DNA from: a virus
Taxonomy: Duplodnaviria; Caudoviricetes
IMG/VR virus record: IMGVR_UViG_3300032221_000294
Location: 1-64,000 of that record
Reading direction: 5' to 3' (one strand)
DNA length: 64,000 bases
Every line of letters begins with the position of its first letter. Within the stretch, counting starts at the first letter, position 1. Under the pieces are notes generated by a model, which was given only the letters and a program-made list of their open reading frames with translations, was not told where the DNA came from and ran no database searches. The translations under genes and the position numbers were made by a program. Of this stretch, positions 55,393 through 64,000 are shown in pieces.

Positions 55393-57240
55393 TTACAAAT
55401 CTGCGATTTGTTGAAGTACCTCGTCTTGAATGTCTTTGATCTTCGGCGCAAGGAAATCAATTAACCCTGTCCTCGTTGAATACTGCGTTTCTCGAACTCT
55501 ATTTCCTTTGTATTTTTCTTCGTTTAAGTCGAGAAGTTTCCTCTGAGCCCCGCTCAAAATTGAGCCCATCTTCATCAAACCCCCGTTATCTCCCTTTTCC
55601 TGGAGCTCAGCGACTTTATCCGCTAGAGCTTTACCGACGGACGCGCCTCCTACATCTTTTCCGTACCAGTACAGAGGTTTGGGCACAGAACGTAAACTCC
55701 CCTCCTTGGCTGACTGGATTCCAATAGCAACGGTTCGTGACGAATCTGTCCACGCGGAGACAACTTTACCCATTAGATTTGCCCGGTCTCCCGCGTTAAG
55801 CTCATTAGTGGGGATAAGGGCAATAGACGCTAACGCTTTTTGAGGATCTAGAATCTTGTCTAAGATGTCATCCCCGATTGTTTTCTTTGCTGAGTTTATT
55901 TCTTCCCGTTTTTCGTGGAAAAGTTTACCGTCTTCCGTGAGTTTTCCGTTTCCGTCAAAAGTTATCATCCGTGGCTTACCCGAGGTCTTTGAGGTGTTGG
56001 TGTTGAACCAACCTGCGGTGTTAGTTGTTAGCAGGTAATCCGGACTGCCTTCCCCTTTCCCTCGGTTTATTCGAGAGTTTGTTAACGACCAGTTGTTCCC
56101 GATATTGGCATTTGCACCTGCGACCCCCGCTGGTATCAAGTGCTCTAAGTCCACGCTCAACAAATTCAGTTTCTCCCCCGTGTATACGTCCTTGAATCCT
56201 GACTCCATAGCGATCTTCATAATTAAGAAAGATTTTGCCTTATCCTCCTCTGCTTTTGACATCTTCTTCCCCGAGGGAATTACGTCTCCCTTCGGAGTTA
56301 CAGATCTGTAGGATCCAGGAATTTCTGAACTTCCCGCACTCTTCAGATAGGTGAAAACTTGGGGGGGCATCAGACCCATCATAAAATGGACCTCTGAGTC
56401 TTTGACGTCCTGATTTCTGTACCATTTTGCGAAAGGTTCTAGTGCCTTGGAAAATTCTTCAGGGTTCTTATATTTACCTGTCTTATAGTTGTCATAGACA
56501 CTCGTAAGTTCTTTAAATTTGTCTTGACGCTCTTTCGAGGCCATTCGTTCTATGCCCTCGTTAGAAACAACTGGGGCTACATCTTTCCTCCCGTATAAGA
56601 CGTCAAAAGCCTGACTCACCATGTCCCGCATTTTTTGCCTGCGCTCTTTAGGGTCGGGGTAATCTTTGGTTAAGCCGTTGATCCCCTCCCGAAGAAAAGA
56701 AGTCCTTTCTTTCAACTCAGTTTGAACTTTCCCCGTTCTAAATTCTTTTGGCAGGGTGTCTTCCGCCAGTTTTCCTTTCACAAGCGAGTTAGAGAAACCT
56801 GTGTATTGTTTAAATCGTTTTGCGGCTTCAGCGGTGGTCAAGTTTCCTTGAGCAATTTCTGATTTCAAGTAATTTCGTACTTTAGTGACTTCTCCTGAAA
56901 TTTCTGCAGGTAACTGCAGGATGCAGTCGTTGCGGTAGAAAATGCAGGAAGCCCCACAAGATTTACCTTTCTTACACCGGTCACGTTTTGCGGAGAAGCT
57001 TTTTCTTTGAGCTGCCGCATTCATTGCGCTCTCTTTCTTCGCTTCTGTGATCACTTTCTTTCCCCCGTCAGACGTCTTTTTAGGGGACCCACCTGTTTGA
57101 GGGGAAGCCGCTGGTTTACCGGGCAGAGGTGAAGATTCACCTACAATCCCTTGTCTTTGCCCAAGGCGCTCTACTTTTGCATCATCCCCTTGCATATTGC
57201 GGGAGTCTGCAAAATCAAACCAGCGATACTTACTTCCCAT
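55393..57240 (-). CDS. 4-Cys-tagged protein with HNH nuclease domain
   Basis: CKKGKSCGASCIFYRNDC; DVYTGE.L....DLEHLIP.......N...N....N..IN..KG. Confidence 0.75.
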   Translation of the reverse strand: MGSKYRWFDFADSRNMQGDDAKVERLGQRQGIVGESSPLPGKPAASPQTGGSPKKTSDGGKKVITEAKKESAMNAAAQRKSFSAKRDRCKKGKSCGASCIFYRNDCILQLPAEISGEVTKVRNYLKSEIAQGNLTTAEAAKRFKQYTGFSNSLVKGKLAEDTLPKEFRTGKVQTELKERTSFLREGINGLTKDYPDPKERRQKMRDMVSQAFDVLYGRKDVAPVVSNEGIERMASKERQDKFKELTSVYDNYKTGKYKNPEEFSKALEPFAKWYRNQDVKDSEVHFMMGLMPPQVFTYLKSAGSSEIPGSYRSVTPKGDVIPSGKKMSKAEEDKAKSFLIMKIAMESGFKDVYTGEKLNLLSVDLEHLIPAGVAGANANIGNNWSLTNSRINRGKGEGSPDYLLTTNTAGWFNTNTSKTSGKPRMITFDGNGKLTEDGKLFHEKREEINSAKKTIGDDILDKILDPQKALASIALIPTNELNAGDRANLMGKVVSAWTDSSRTVAIGIQSAKEGSLRSVPKPLYWYGKDVGGASVGKALADKVAELQEKGDNGGLMKMGSILSGAQRKLLDLNEEKYKGNRVRETQYSTRTGLIDFLAPKIKDIQDEVLQQIADL

Positions 57241-57245
57241 TGCAG

Positions 57246-58067
57246 TTAATCTTCGTAGCGGTCGAGTATGTGAGCGATGACGGAGTTGCGAACGATGTCC
57301 TCTTTCGAGAACTCTACGATACCAACTTCCGTCAGGTGACGCAGCCGATGAATAGCATCAACCAGGCCATTCTCCCTCCGGAAAACTTCCATATCGGTCT
57401 GTTTCGTGTCTCCAATCAGAAGGATCTTCGAATCTTTGCCGACACGGGTTAGAACCGTTTTGATTTGTGAAGGGAGGAAGTTTTGAGACTCATCCACAAT
57501 GATGAAAGCCTCGTTAAGCGACCGTCCTCGAATATCTTCCAGGAGGACAGGCTCGATAATTTTCTTGTTCAGTAGGTACTCACTTGCGCCATGGGACTTC
57601 ATGATGCAGGGCAAGTTGTCAAGAACAGGCGCAATCAGGGGTGCGATCTTCTCGGAAAGGTCTCCAGGCAGCGCTCCGCGCCCGCGCTGGAATTCAACAC
57701 CTACGTCACTTCGAACGTAGTACACCTTATCAAAATCACCAGAGGCGACACCAAACAATCCGTAGTGCAACGCAATCAGCGTCTTTCCGGTCCCGGCACA
57801 CCCATGTGCGAGAGTAACAGTGTTTTTCTTAAGGGTGTTCCACAGGTCTTCTTGCCGCCAAGTCAGAAACTTGGGAGGCATGACATCCATACCTTTCGAG
57901 TAGGAATGCTCTAACATCTGGGCATTTTCGGAACGGCGAGCCTTGCGCTTTGTCTTTGAGTCTAACATGTTTAAGGGAGTGGGACAGTCGGTGGGTAGTT
58001 CATACACTTTGCTGCTTAATAGGATTACATCCTTATCACCCCCTTCAGAACTAGTGGGACGAGTCAT
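57246..58067 (-). CDS. phoH: PhoH-family ATPase
   Basis: GCAGTGKT, G.LPGDL.EK, RGRSL, DESQN, LTRVG, GD..Q.D, DIVR. Confidence 0.95.
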   Translation of the reverse strand: MTRPTSSEGGDKDVILLSSKVYELPTDCPTPLNMLDSKTKRKARRSENAQMLEHSYSKGMDVMPPKFLTWRQEDLWNTLKKNTVTLAHGCAGTGKTLIALHYGLFGVASGDFDKVYYVRSDVGVEFQRGRGALPGDLSEKIAPLIAPVLDNLPCIMKSHGASEYLLNKKIIEPVLLEDIRGRSLNEAFIIVDESQNFLPSQIKTVLTRVGKDSKILLIGDTKQTDMEVFRRENGLVDAIHRLRHLTEVGIVEFSKEDIVRNSVIAHILDRYED

Positions 58068-58094
58068 GGTTGGAAGGGAAACTCGTACAGTAGG

Positions 58095-58136
58095 TTTTAC
58101 CCTACTAATCTGGCGAGCACCGTTCGGCGGGTAAAA
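58095..58136. promoter_or_regulatory. Divergent pair of GGGTAAAA motifs
   Basis: Minus-strand copy 58095-58102 (to phoH) and plus-strand copy 58129-58136 (to the desaturase pair). Confidence 0.65.
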
Positions 58137-58189
58137 TTGAAATAAATTAGTGAACGCAACTTCACACGAAATGATAACAACCATTTGTT

Positions 58190-58654
58190 TTGGTCAGAGT
58201 TGTGGCTGAAAATCAAAATAGCGAGTACAGTTTACTTTTTGGCGACGACCTGAGTACAGCGTCCGTCCAAGCTCAAGTTGTAGAGCTACTAGTGAACACC
58301 AAAATCTACAGCCTCGACCTTGCAAGAGGTAGACTCAATAAAGTCGTGATGGTGATTTTACACAAACCCACAAGCGCGGTGGTAGGGGTGGTAACAGGTT
58401 CTGAACGGTATTCCCATTGCCTGAATGGCAGATACTGCCATCTCGGGGTGGTCATTTTACCTCACCACTCCAACAGACCAAAAATCCTTGAAAGGGTGTT
58501 CAATTTTCTTCGTGACTCTAAGCATCCTCACCTAAAAGGGGTCGCCATTTTTCGAAAAAATCGCAAGATCTCAGACAACCTTCTGAGGCGGTATAAATTC
58601 AAACCCTCCATCAAACCTGATTTGTATTTCAGAGATTTTAACACAACGGGTTAA
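58190..58654 (+). CDS. Hypothetical protein, possibly GNAT-like
   Basis: VVGVV...CHLGVVILPHH...N...L...Y.F spacing; start uncertain. Confidence 0.45.
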   Translation: MVRVVAENQNSEYSLLFGDDLSTASVQAQVVELLVNTKIYSLDLARGRLNKVVMVILHKPTSAVVGVVTGSERYSHCLNGRYCHLGVVILPHHSNRPKILERVFNFLRDSKHPHLKGVAIFRKNRKISDNLLRRYKFKPSIKPDLYFRDFNTTG

Positions 58655-58655
58655 G

Positions 58656-59339
58656 ATGAAATTACACAGAAACGCGAGACTGTACACAACTCTTTACATA
58701 CTAAGTCACTTCGTCCTGGGGGTGTATTTTTACGTTTTCGGCTACACCTACGCGATAACCTCTTTATTCCTGGGACTACTCATTTTCAATACCGCTACCT
58801 ATGCGTTTATGCATAGGGCAGTCGCACACAATCAGTTTCACTTTTCTCCCCGAATCAAGAGGTTTCTGTGCAATCTCTTTTCAATGTGCGGGTTCGGTAG
58901 CCTTGCCGTGAATTGCGCAGTTCATACTCAACACCACAAGTACAGCGACACTCAACTCGACCCGCACGATTTTCGTCGGGTAGGCCTGGTAAAAACAGTT
59001 TTCAAACAATGGGACGAAAAGTACTACCCGCCGGTGAAATCTTACGCAAGATATTTAAGGGACCACGAGATTCTTTTGCAGCATCGAAATAACGCTAAAT
59101 TCTTTCTCTTTTCATCCCTTGTGTTTCCCTTTATACCGGTGGTGTCCTTTTGGATGCTGAACCTAATCTTTATTGTGAATCACCTGGGGGAGGGTGATAG
59201 CTCCCTGAATGTTCCCGTCCTGTACCCGCTGATGTGGGGGGAGGAATTTCACTCTGATCACCACTCCCACCCCGAAAGAAGAAAAATGCACAAACTAGAC
59301 CTTATCTTCCTGATAGCTTCCTTTCTGGAGCGAGTTTAA
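58656..59339 (+). CDS. Membrane fatty-acid desaturase (DesC-like)
   Basis: His boxes HRAVAH, HTQHH..SD...DPH, GEEFHSDHH; TM segments. Confidence 0.85.
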   Translation: MKLHRNARLYTTLYILSHFVLGVYFYVFGYTYAITSLFLGLLIFNTATYAFMHRAVAHNQFHFSPRIKRFLCNLFSMCGFGSLAVNCAVHTQHHKYSDTQLDPHDFRRVGLVKTVFKQWDEKYYPPVKSYARYLRDHEILLQHRNNAKFFLFSSLVFPFIPVVSFWMLNLIFIVNHLGEGDSSLNVPVLYPLMWGEEFHSDHHSHPERRKMHKLDLIFLIASFLERV

Positions 59340-59343
59340 CCCT

Positions 59344-59541
59344 TTAGTGAAGCCGCTCGGCGAAGTCATCAAATCCGTCTTTTCCGCCGCACCATCGGGA
59401 GTACCGGTCGTCCGGCACGTTGTATTGTTTGACTTTTGCTTTTGTCAAATACTTGTCAGCTATTGGCGAAGTTGCCAATACCACAGTGCCATACTCGGCA
59501 CGCATAATCTCACTGTTAAAGTCAGTTGGATGAATAGCCAT
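59344..59541 (-). CDS. Small hypothetical protein
   Basis: Start placed at MAIHPTDF. Confidence 0.5.
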   Translation of the reverse strand: MAIHPTDFNSEIMRAEYGTVVLATSPIADKYLTKAKVKQYNVPDDRYSRWCGGKDGFDDFAERLH

Positions 59542-59601
59542 GGTAATCTGTCTTGAGGACAGCAACTTTTATTTTATACCGTGGTGGTTACCAATCACCA
59601 C

Positions 59602-61335
59602 TCAGTCGTAACCAATGCGACCCCTGCCGCCCCTTCTGCTGCTAACGAAAGGTGAACGAGCGTCGACACCCATTGTTGAGGCATCGTAATCCGGATCGTT
59701 AATCGCGGTGTCACCTGTGAACAACTTCTGCCGCCCTGTGCGAATTTCCCCAAAGACGGACTTATCACCGAGTCCTTCACGAAGAAGGTCTCCTTTGAAT
59801 CGTTTGTTCTGAATAATCGTTTCCTGAAGTCCACGATCAACAACGTCCATTTTCATCGCATAGTAAGTGAGCGCCCAAGTAAAAGCATCCGTGCTGTCGT
59901 CGTGACGAACAAACGGAAATGCGGTTAGTTCTTTGATGAAGGCGTCGGTCCAGTATCCCTGAACCAGTTTAACCCGGCTGTTCTCCAGTAAAGGACAAAT
60001 CGCCTGCAATCTTGTAGTCTTTGACTTCAAGGGTCGCATCTCTTCGATCGGAACTTTTGCTTCTTTTCGAAGAACTTGAATGAGCGAGTGGCCCGACGCG
60101 GCCTTTTCGATGCATAGAACTTTTGCCTGGTAATGAGCGTAGTTTTGTTTTACAGCTTCGACTAAGTCAGGGAATCCCCAGCGACCTTTCACGATCTCTC
60201 GAATGTAAATCACAGTCGGGTCTCGCATACTAATTCCGGCCACACAAATTGCCGTTTCGTCCGCCATCTGCTTCTCCGAGAAAGCGCAGTCGGCGGCCAG
60301 CCATACAACGTCAAGTGGGGGACAATCCTCCTCCTCTACAACTTCGATCCAGCTGTTCTTGACAATCTGACCTTCTGAGGCAACAGGAACACCTTGGTAA
60401 AGTGCCGCGAATTTGAAGCTGCCCATGATCTTCTTCTGCGACTCAAGCATCGGCACAGAAAAAGTTGGGTTATCGGCCCAGTGTGACTCCCCCATCGAAC
60501 GTTGGAGGGGGTCAGTAGACGGATCTTCGCAAAGTCCTGCGACATTGATCCAGCGCCAACCGAACTCGTTGTCAATTTCATCGTAAAGGCCATCACCATC
60601 CATCAGAACGCCATGCAGATCTTTCTCGTGAAAACGAGTTGCGATGATCATTTGGCAGTAATGGTTAGTTCTTCGCGTCGACGCCTGCTCCTGCCACCAT
60701 GATTCGAGGTTGTCAAGTGCTTGTTTCGAATCCGATGATTTCAACGGGTCGTCAATTACCATGGCGCCAACGCCAGGGCTGTCCATATCCGTGGTTCCGG
60801 CGGTGAAGCCAGTTAGCACCCCCCCAACAGATGTAGAAAGGATGAAACCGCCACCAACCATGTCATACTTTGAGTCCGGGCAGAATCCAAGCCATTCGGG
60901 AAAAACCCGCTTGAACTCCTTCGACTTCATCATATGAACTACTTCACGGTGAAATTTGAAGGAGAGGGAAGCACCGTAGGAGGCAATGACGTGCTGTGTT
61001 CTTTGGTCCCTTCCGAGCAGCCACGCCAGGAACATAGTTGCAAGCATTGACTTTCCCGAACGCGGCGGGCAGGAAACAATCAATCGCTTGTACCTTCTCG
61101 TAGCAAGGTCTTCAAATGCCGAGCCGATCAATTCGTGAAATGGGGCAACCTGAAGGTCGCCATGCTTCATGATATCGCAGAAGGCAAGGAAGCAATCTCG
61201 GGCAGCTTTGTGCCGAAACTCTTGAATTACCATGCGCGGAGCTTCCATGAGCGTTAGTTCACGTATGCCCCGCTGGTATTTTCTCCATGAGCTATGTTCT
61301 TCCAGCTGGCTGGCTTTCGTGATTATGGGGCGCAT
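59602..61335 (-). CDS. terL: Terminase large subunit
   Basis: PPRSGKS, VIDDP, TRFHEKDL.G, ALYQG.P, IEKAASG, HDD..DA. Confidence 0.95.
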   Translation of the reverse strand: MRPIITKASQLEEHSSWRKYQRGIRELTLMEAPRMVIQEFRHKAARDCFLAFCDIMKHGDLQVAPFHELIGSAFEDLATRRYKRLIVSCPPRSGKSMLATMFLAWLLGRDQRTQHVIASYGASLSFKFHREVVHMMKSKEFKRVFPEWLGFCPDSKYDMVGGGFILSTSVGGVLTGFTAGTTDMDSPGVGAMVIDDPLKSSDSKQALDNLESWWQEQASTRRTNHYCQMIIATRFHEKDLHGVLMDGDGLYDEIDNEFGWRWINVAGLCEDPSTDPLQRSMGESHWADNPTFSVPMLESQKKIMGSFKFAALYQGVPVASEGQIVKNSWIEVVEEEDCPPLDVVWLAADCAFSEKQMADETAICVAGISMRDPTVIYIREIVKGRWGFPDLVEAVKQNYAHYQAKVLCIEKAASGHSLIQVLRKEAKVPIEEMRPLKSKTTRLQAICPLLENSRVKLVQGYWTDAFIKELTAFPFVRHDDSTDAFTWALTYYAMKMDVVDRGLQETIIQNKRFKGDLLREGLGDKSVFGEIRTGRQKLFTGDTAINDPDYDASTMGVDARSPFVSSRRGGRGRIGYD

Positions 61336-61336
61336 T

Positions 61337-61615
61337 TCAATCTCCCGTCAGTTTCTTCAGGAGCTCCCCAACTTTCCCGTCGTACGCAACCGCAAGCTCT
61401 TGCTCGCTCTTGGAATCAATCTGTGTGAGGGAAACGATGTCCGAGGTGATTTCTCTGTGCGCTTTGATCGCGCTGTTAAAGATGGAAACGAGGTCTCGAG
61501 TGGAGCACTCTTCCATCTGGTTGGCAAGCTGGTCTAGAGCATCTTTCGCCACAAGAAGGGTGTCTTGCGCAAGGATCTCTTTCTGCTTGATAATGTCTTC
61601 GCGTGATTTAGCCAT
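61337..61615 (-). CDS. Helical protein upstream of terL (candidate small terminase)
   Basis: Position; start placed at MAKSRED. Confidence 0.45.
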   Translation of the reverse strand: MAKSREDIIKQKEILAQDTLLVAKDALDQLANQMEECSTRDLVSIFNSAIKAHREITSDIVSLTQIDSKSEQELAVAYDGKVGELLKKLTGD

Positions 61616-61773
61616 TAGTAAAGCCTCTTTCTGCATTTGGAGCAACCGCCTCTCGGCGGCGGGGGATTCCCCTTGTAAGCCATGATCTTTTGCAAGATCT
61701 TTTTCGCTTCTTCCATTTCATTCCGCTGTACGGCGGTGTGGTAGCTATGCCAAAGTTCTTGAGATGAGTTCAT
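61615..61773 (-). CDS. 52-aa protein with C-terminal CSKC
   Basis: MNSSQELWHSYHTAVQRNEMEEAKKILQK...GGCSKCRKRLY; TAATG overlaps at both ends. Confidence 0.55.
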   Translation of the reverse strand: MNSSQELWHSYHTAVQRNEMEEAKKILQKIMAYKGNPPPPRGGCSKCRKRLY

Positions 61774-62990
61774 TAACAAGGGGCAACGGGGCCAGGGTTA
61801 CCTACGCATGGAACGCAACCTAGCTTCCATAGCGAGTTGATGGAGGCGAGTTGGAAGGTATCTTCCAAAATCCACCCTTTGCCTTGGGGTGATTTCGCCA
61901 CGAAATAAAACCTTCCCTTCGGAGTCTGAATGAAAGTCTCCGGAACGATACCAACCAGGGAGCCCCCTTCGAGGTACAGTTGTTTTGCTTCGGGGTTCAG
62001 AGGGTCGATGTTTAGGAAGGTGTACGCCCCTAGAACAACGGCAAATTCACCGGCATTGATTCCAGTAAACCACTCTGCATATTTTGACGCACGGTCAGAA
62101 ATCGGGTCGGCTTTGCCAGCGACGTCATTCCACAGCTCGATCGCATATCGTGCTAGGAACTTTCCAGTTGGAGAGTAGAAAACTTCTTCAAGCGGCTCCG
62201 CAGTTTCAGCGTCCCAAACAGTTACAACTAATCTACCATCCTCAGTATAGCTGTTATTACTCAAAAGATAAATCGGTTGGTTGAGGGGATCAGGAAGGAA
62301 TACCGTCTCGGTGTCACACACAAATACCCAGTTTCCTGACTGAGTTGCAGGATTGCTCCAGGTAACACCGTACGGCGCAGAGTAATCTTCGAGTGGCAAT
62401 TTATCTCCGGTATACCACGGAACGTAGATCTCTCCGCTAGCAGAGTCAACGACGCCAGCCAAAGGTAGGCTAGTTTCGACGTTGGGCCCAGGGAAGATCT
62501 GGCGGCAATCCCCCCTTTGCACGCAAGGATCAAGGGCAATGTAAGGAAGCGTTTCTTCCGCCACAAGAACGTAAGTCTGGGTGTAGGTGTACTGAGATTC
62601 GGGGCTCAATCCGGTGAACGATTCGACCGAACAAGTGAAAGGTTCAATAACCTGAATCGAGGCGCCAGAAGGGACACTGCCGTTAATTGTATTGAAAGCG
62701 CCTGTAATAAGCTGTGTGGCGAAATCGTGACCAGAGGATGTAAGGTAGTTCTGACAAGAGAAATTTAACTCGAAACTCATACTTCTCTCGAAAACCATCG
62801 GGATTCGGTTCTTAACTGTGTTTGAAGAGCCTACGTAACGAATTACGATGTTGTTAGTTTGCTGAACTACGCCCTCGTTTTCGATCGCATCGGCGAGGCG
62901 AAGAACATTGACGCTGATTGGAATCAGGGGGGAGGCTATAAGGGCATCAACAATGAATTGCTCGATACGATTGATGGTGTTAAGTTCCAT
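61773..62990 (-). CDS. Probable neck/tail-completion protein
   Basis: Follows the head-tail adaptor; I..IE..I...L start and alpha/beta pattern. Confidence 0.5.
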   Translation of the reverse strand: MELNTINRIEQFIVDALIASPLIPISVNVLRLADAIENEGVVQQTNNIVIRYVGSSNTVKNRIPMVFERSMSFELNFSCQNYLTSSGHDFATQLITGAFNTINGSVPSGASIQVIEPFTCSVESFTGLSPESQYTYTQTYVLVAEETLPYIALDPCVQRGDCRQIFPGPNVETSLPLAGVVDSASGEIYVPWYTGDKLPLEDYSAPYGVTWSNPATQSGNWVFVCDTETVFLPDPLNQPIYLLSNNSYTEDGRLVVTVWDAETAEPLEEVFYSPTGKFLARYAIELWNDVAGKADPISDRASKYAEWFTGINAGEFAVVLGAYTFLNIDPLNPEAKQLYLEGGSLVGIVPETFIQTPKGRFYFVAKSPQGKGWILEDTFQLASINSLWKLGCVPCVGNPGPVAPC

Positions 62991-62993
62991 AGT

Positions 62994-64000
62994 TTATGGG
63001 AAGTTAGTGTTTGAGCCGTTGATGTACCACCCACCAGCATCGTTTGGCGAAGTAGTTTGAAGGGTTGAGGCCAGCTCCAGAAAATTATTCGATGTGATCC
63101 AGTTCGGAAAATCGTTATTCTGGCCGACTGCACCCCAGCCAATTCGGTAGTCAGGGGCCTGATTCCCAGCTGTGTCGGTTGTCCACCCTGAGAGACCTTT
63201 TCCGGATACAGAGTTGTAACGTTGTGGAACGCGCCACGACCGCATAATACCTTGCGGTGTATCAATCGCCGAGTCTCCATTACCTGCGCGAATCGCAGTC
63301 ATTTTCATCTCGGCCTGCATCTGCTTCAGAGCGGCGTCGTAATCTTTGTAGACGTCCTCTCTGCGGCGAACCGTATCAAGATAGTAACGGGCGATAGTCA
63401 GCGCCGTGCGGCGCCGATTGCTCGTAATTAAAACCATTCCGGCTTTTCCGGATTGTTCAATGTACGAGTCGATCAAAGAGTTGGCATCTTGAATCGCCAT
63501 CTGCAACTTTGCCACATTCACCGTGGTGGCTGCTGCATCGTCGATGTTTGTAAGTTGTATGGCTTCTTTTAGTCCGAACGCGACGGTAAAGTCGTCGGGT
63601 GACGCACTTCGGGGATCGGATTTGTGGTTAGTTAAAACTCCTGAGCGATTCTGGTATGGGAAACCGTAACCACCGATCGTTTGACCCAGGTTAGACTGAA
63701 TGCGGGAGCCATCAGTTGATTCGTCCGGGGCGAGTGTGTTTCTCGCTGCAACACGGTAAAAGGCGCGAGTCGCGTTGCGCTTCTTAACAACGTCGTTTGC
63801 AGTAGGTGGAATCGGACCACGCAGACAAAGGTTGAGGTCGAGTGGCGGCTCGTAGGAAACGAACGCTTGATCCCAAGGCGTCAGAGTGCTGTCTATCCCG
63901 ATGGATACCATCGTGTCCGAGGAATAGATTAGGGTTTCCACCCCATACTGGCCATAGTTGACGGTGAATGACGTTAACGGCACCGGAACATTTGTGTCCA
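62994..64000 (-). CDS. Head-tail adaptor, Mu gp36/DUF1320-like (may start beyond right edge)
   Basis: AI.DA...IDSY....IARYYL.....V..DY..A...; frame open to the window edge. Confidence 0.7.
   Translation of the reverse strand, partial: DTNVPVPLTSFTVNYGQYGVETLIYSSDTMVSIGIDSTLTPWDQAFVSYEPPLDLNLCLRGPIPPTANDVVKKRNATRAFYRVAARNTLAPDESTDGSRIQSNLGQTIGGYGFPYQNRSGVLTNHKSDPRSASPDDFTVAFGLKEAIQLTNIDDAAATTVNVAKLQMAIQDANSLIDSYIEQSGKAGMVLITSNRRRTALTIARYYLDTVRRREDVYKDYDAALKQMQAEMKMTAIRAGNGDSAIDTPQGIMRSWRVPQRYNSVSGKGLSGWTTDTAGNQAPDYRIGWGAVGQNNDFPNWITSNNFLELASTLQTTSPNDAGGWYINGSNTNFP

Noticed and set aside
55377-55393. Immunity gene for the HNH-bearing protein
   Set aside because: No small coupled ORF follows it, which weakens a strict toxin-immunity reading for this member.
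54660-58184. Long ORF-track starts (55460, 58184, 54496; likewise 7766, 11970, 17780, 35582)
   Set aside because: They overlap upstream genes or promoter motifs; downstream starts fit the motif spacing and family leaders.
1-64000. tRNA genes or alternative genetic code
   Set aside because: No cloverleaf recognised by eye; conserved genes are intact in the standard code and use all three stop codons.

Overview
The window is a 64-kb segment of a contractile-tailed (myovirus-like) cyanophage, and almost all genes lie on the minus strand. Host-type genes include psbA, hli, an NblA-like protein, phoH, a fatty-acid desaturase, SAM decarboxylase and MazG. Nucleotide and replication genes include nrdA with an internal glutaredoxin, nrdB, thyX, dCMP deaminase, an SF3 helicase and two exonucleases. 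There are also two sigma factors, a C39-type lysin, free-standing HNH and GIY-YIG-like endonucleases, tail, tape-measure and fibre genes, the terminase and neck genes. Two promoter classes are readable. About 20 GGGTAAA(A) motifs precede structural or late genes and resemble SigB/SigF -10 elements, and the phage encodes a SigF-like sigma. NTTTAC-N16/17-TATAnT motifs precede replication and metabolic genes. The most striking unexplained system sits in two clusters (about 6.7-11 kb and 47.4-57.2 kb) of modular late proteins. They share short tags (a 4-Cys tag, a DFTxCxRPxGxxYGTGGxCRKG tag, and [FY][SA][ED] putative maturation sites) fused to unrelated cargo domains: two Ser/Thr-type kinases, an HNH nuclease and a His-motif domain. 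Three of them are followed by translationally coupled 50-59 aa genes missed by the ORF track. My inference is a capsid-packaged polymorphic effector/immunity system. I saw no tRNA, rRNA or CRISPR array. All family assignments are by motif recognition, not database search.
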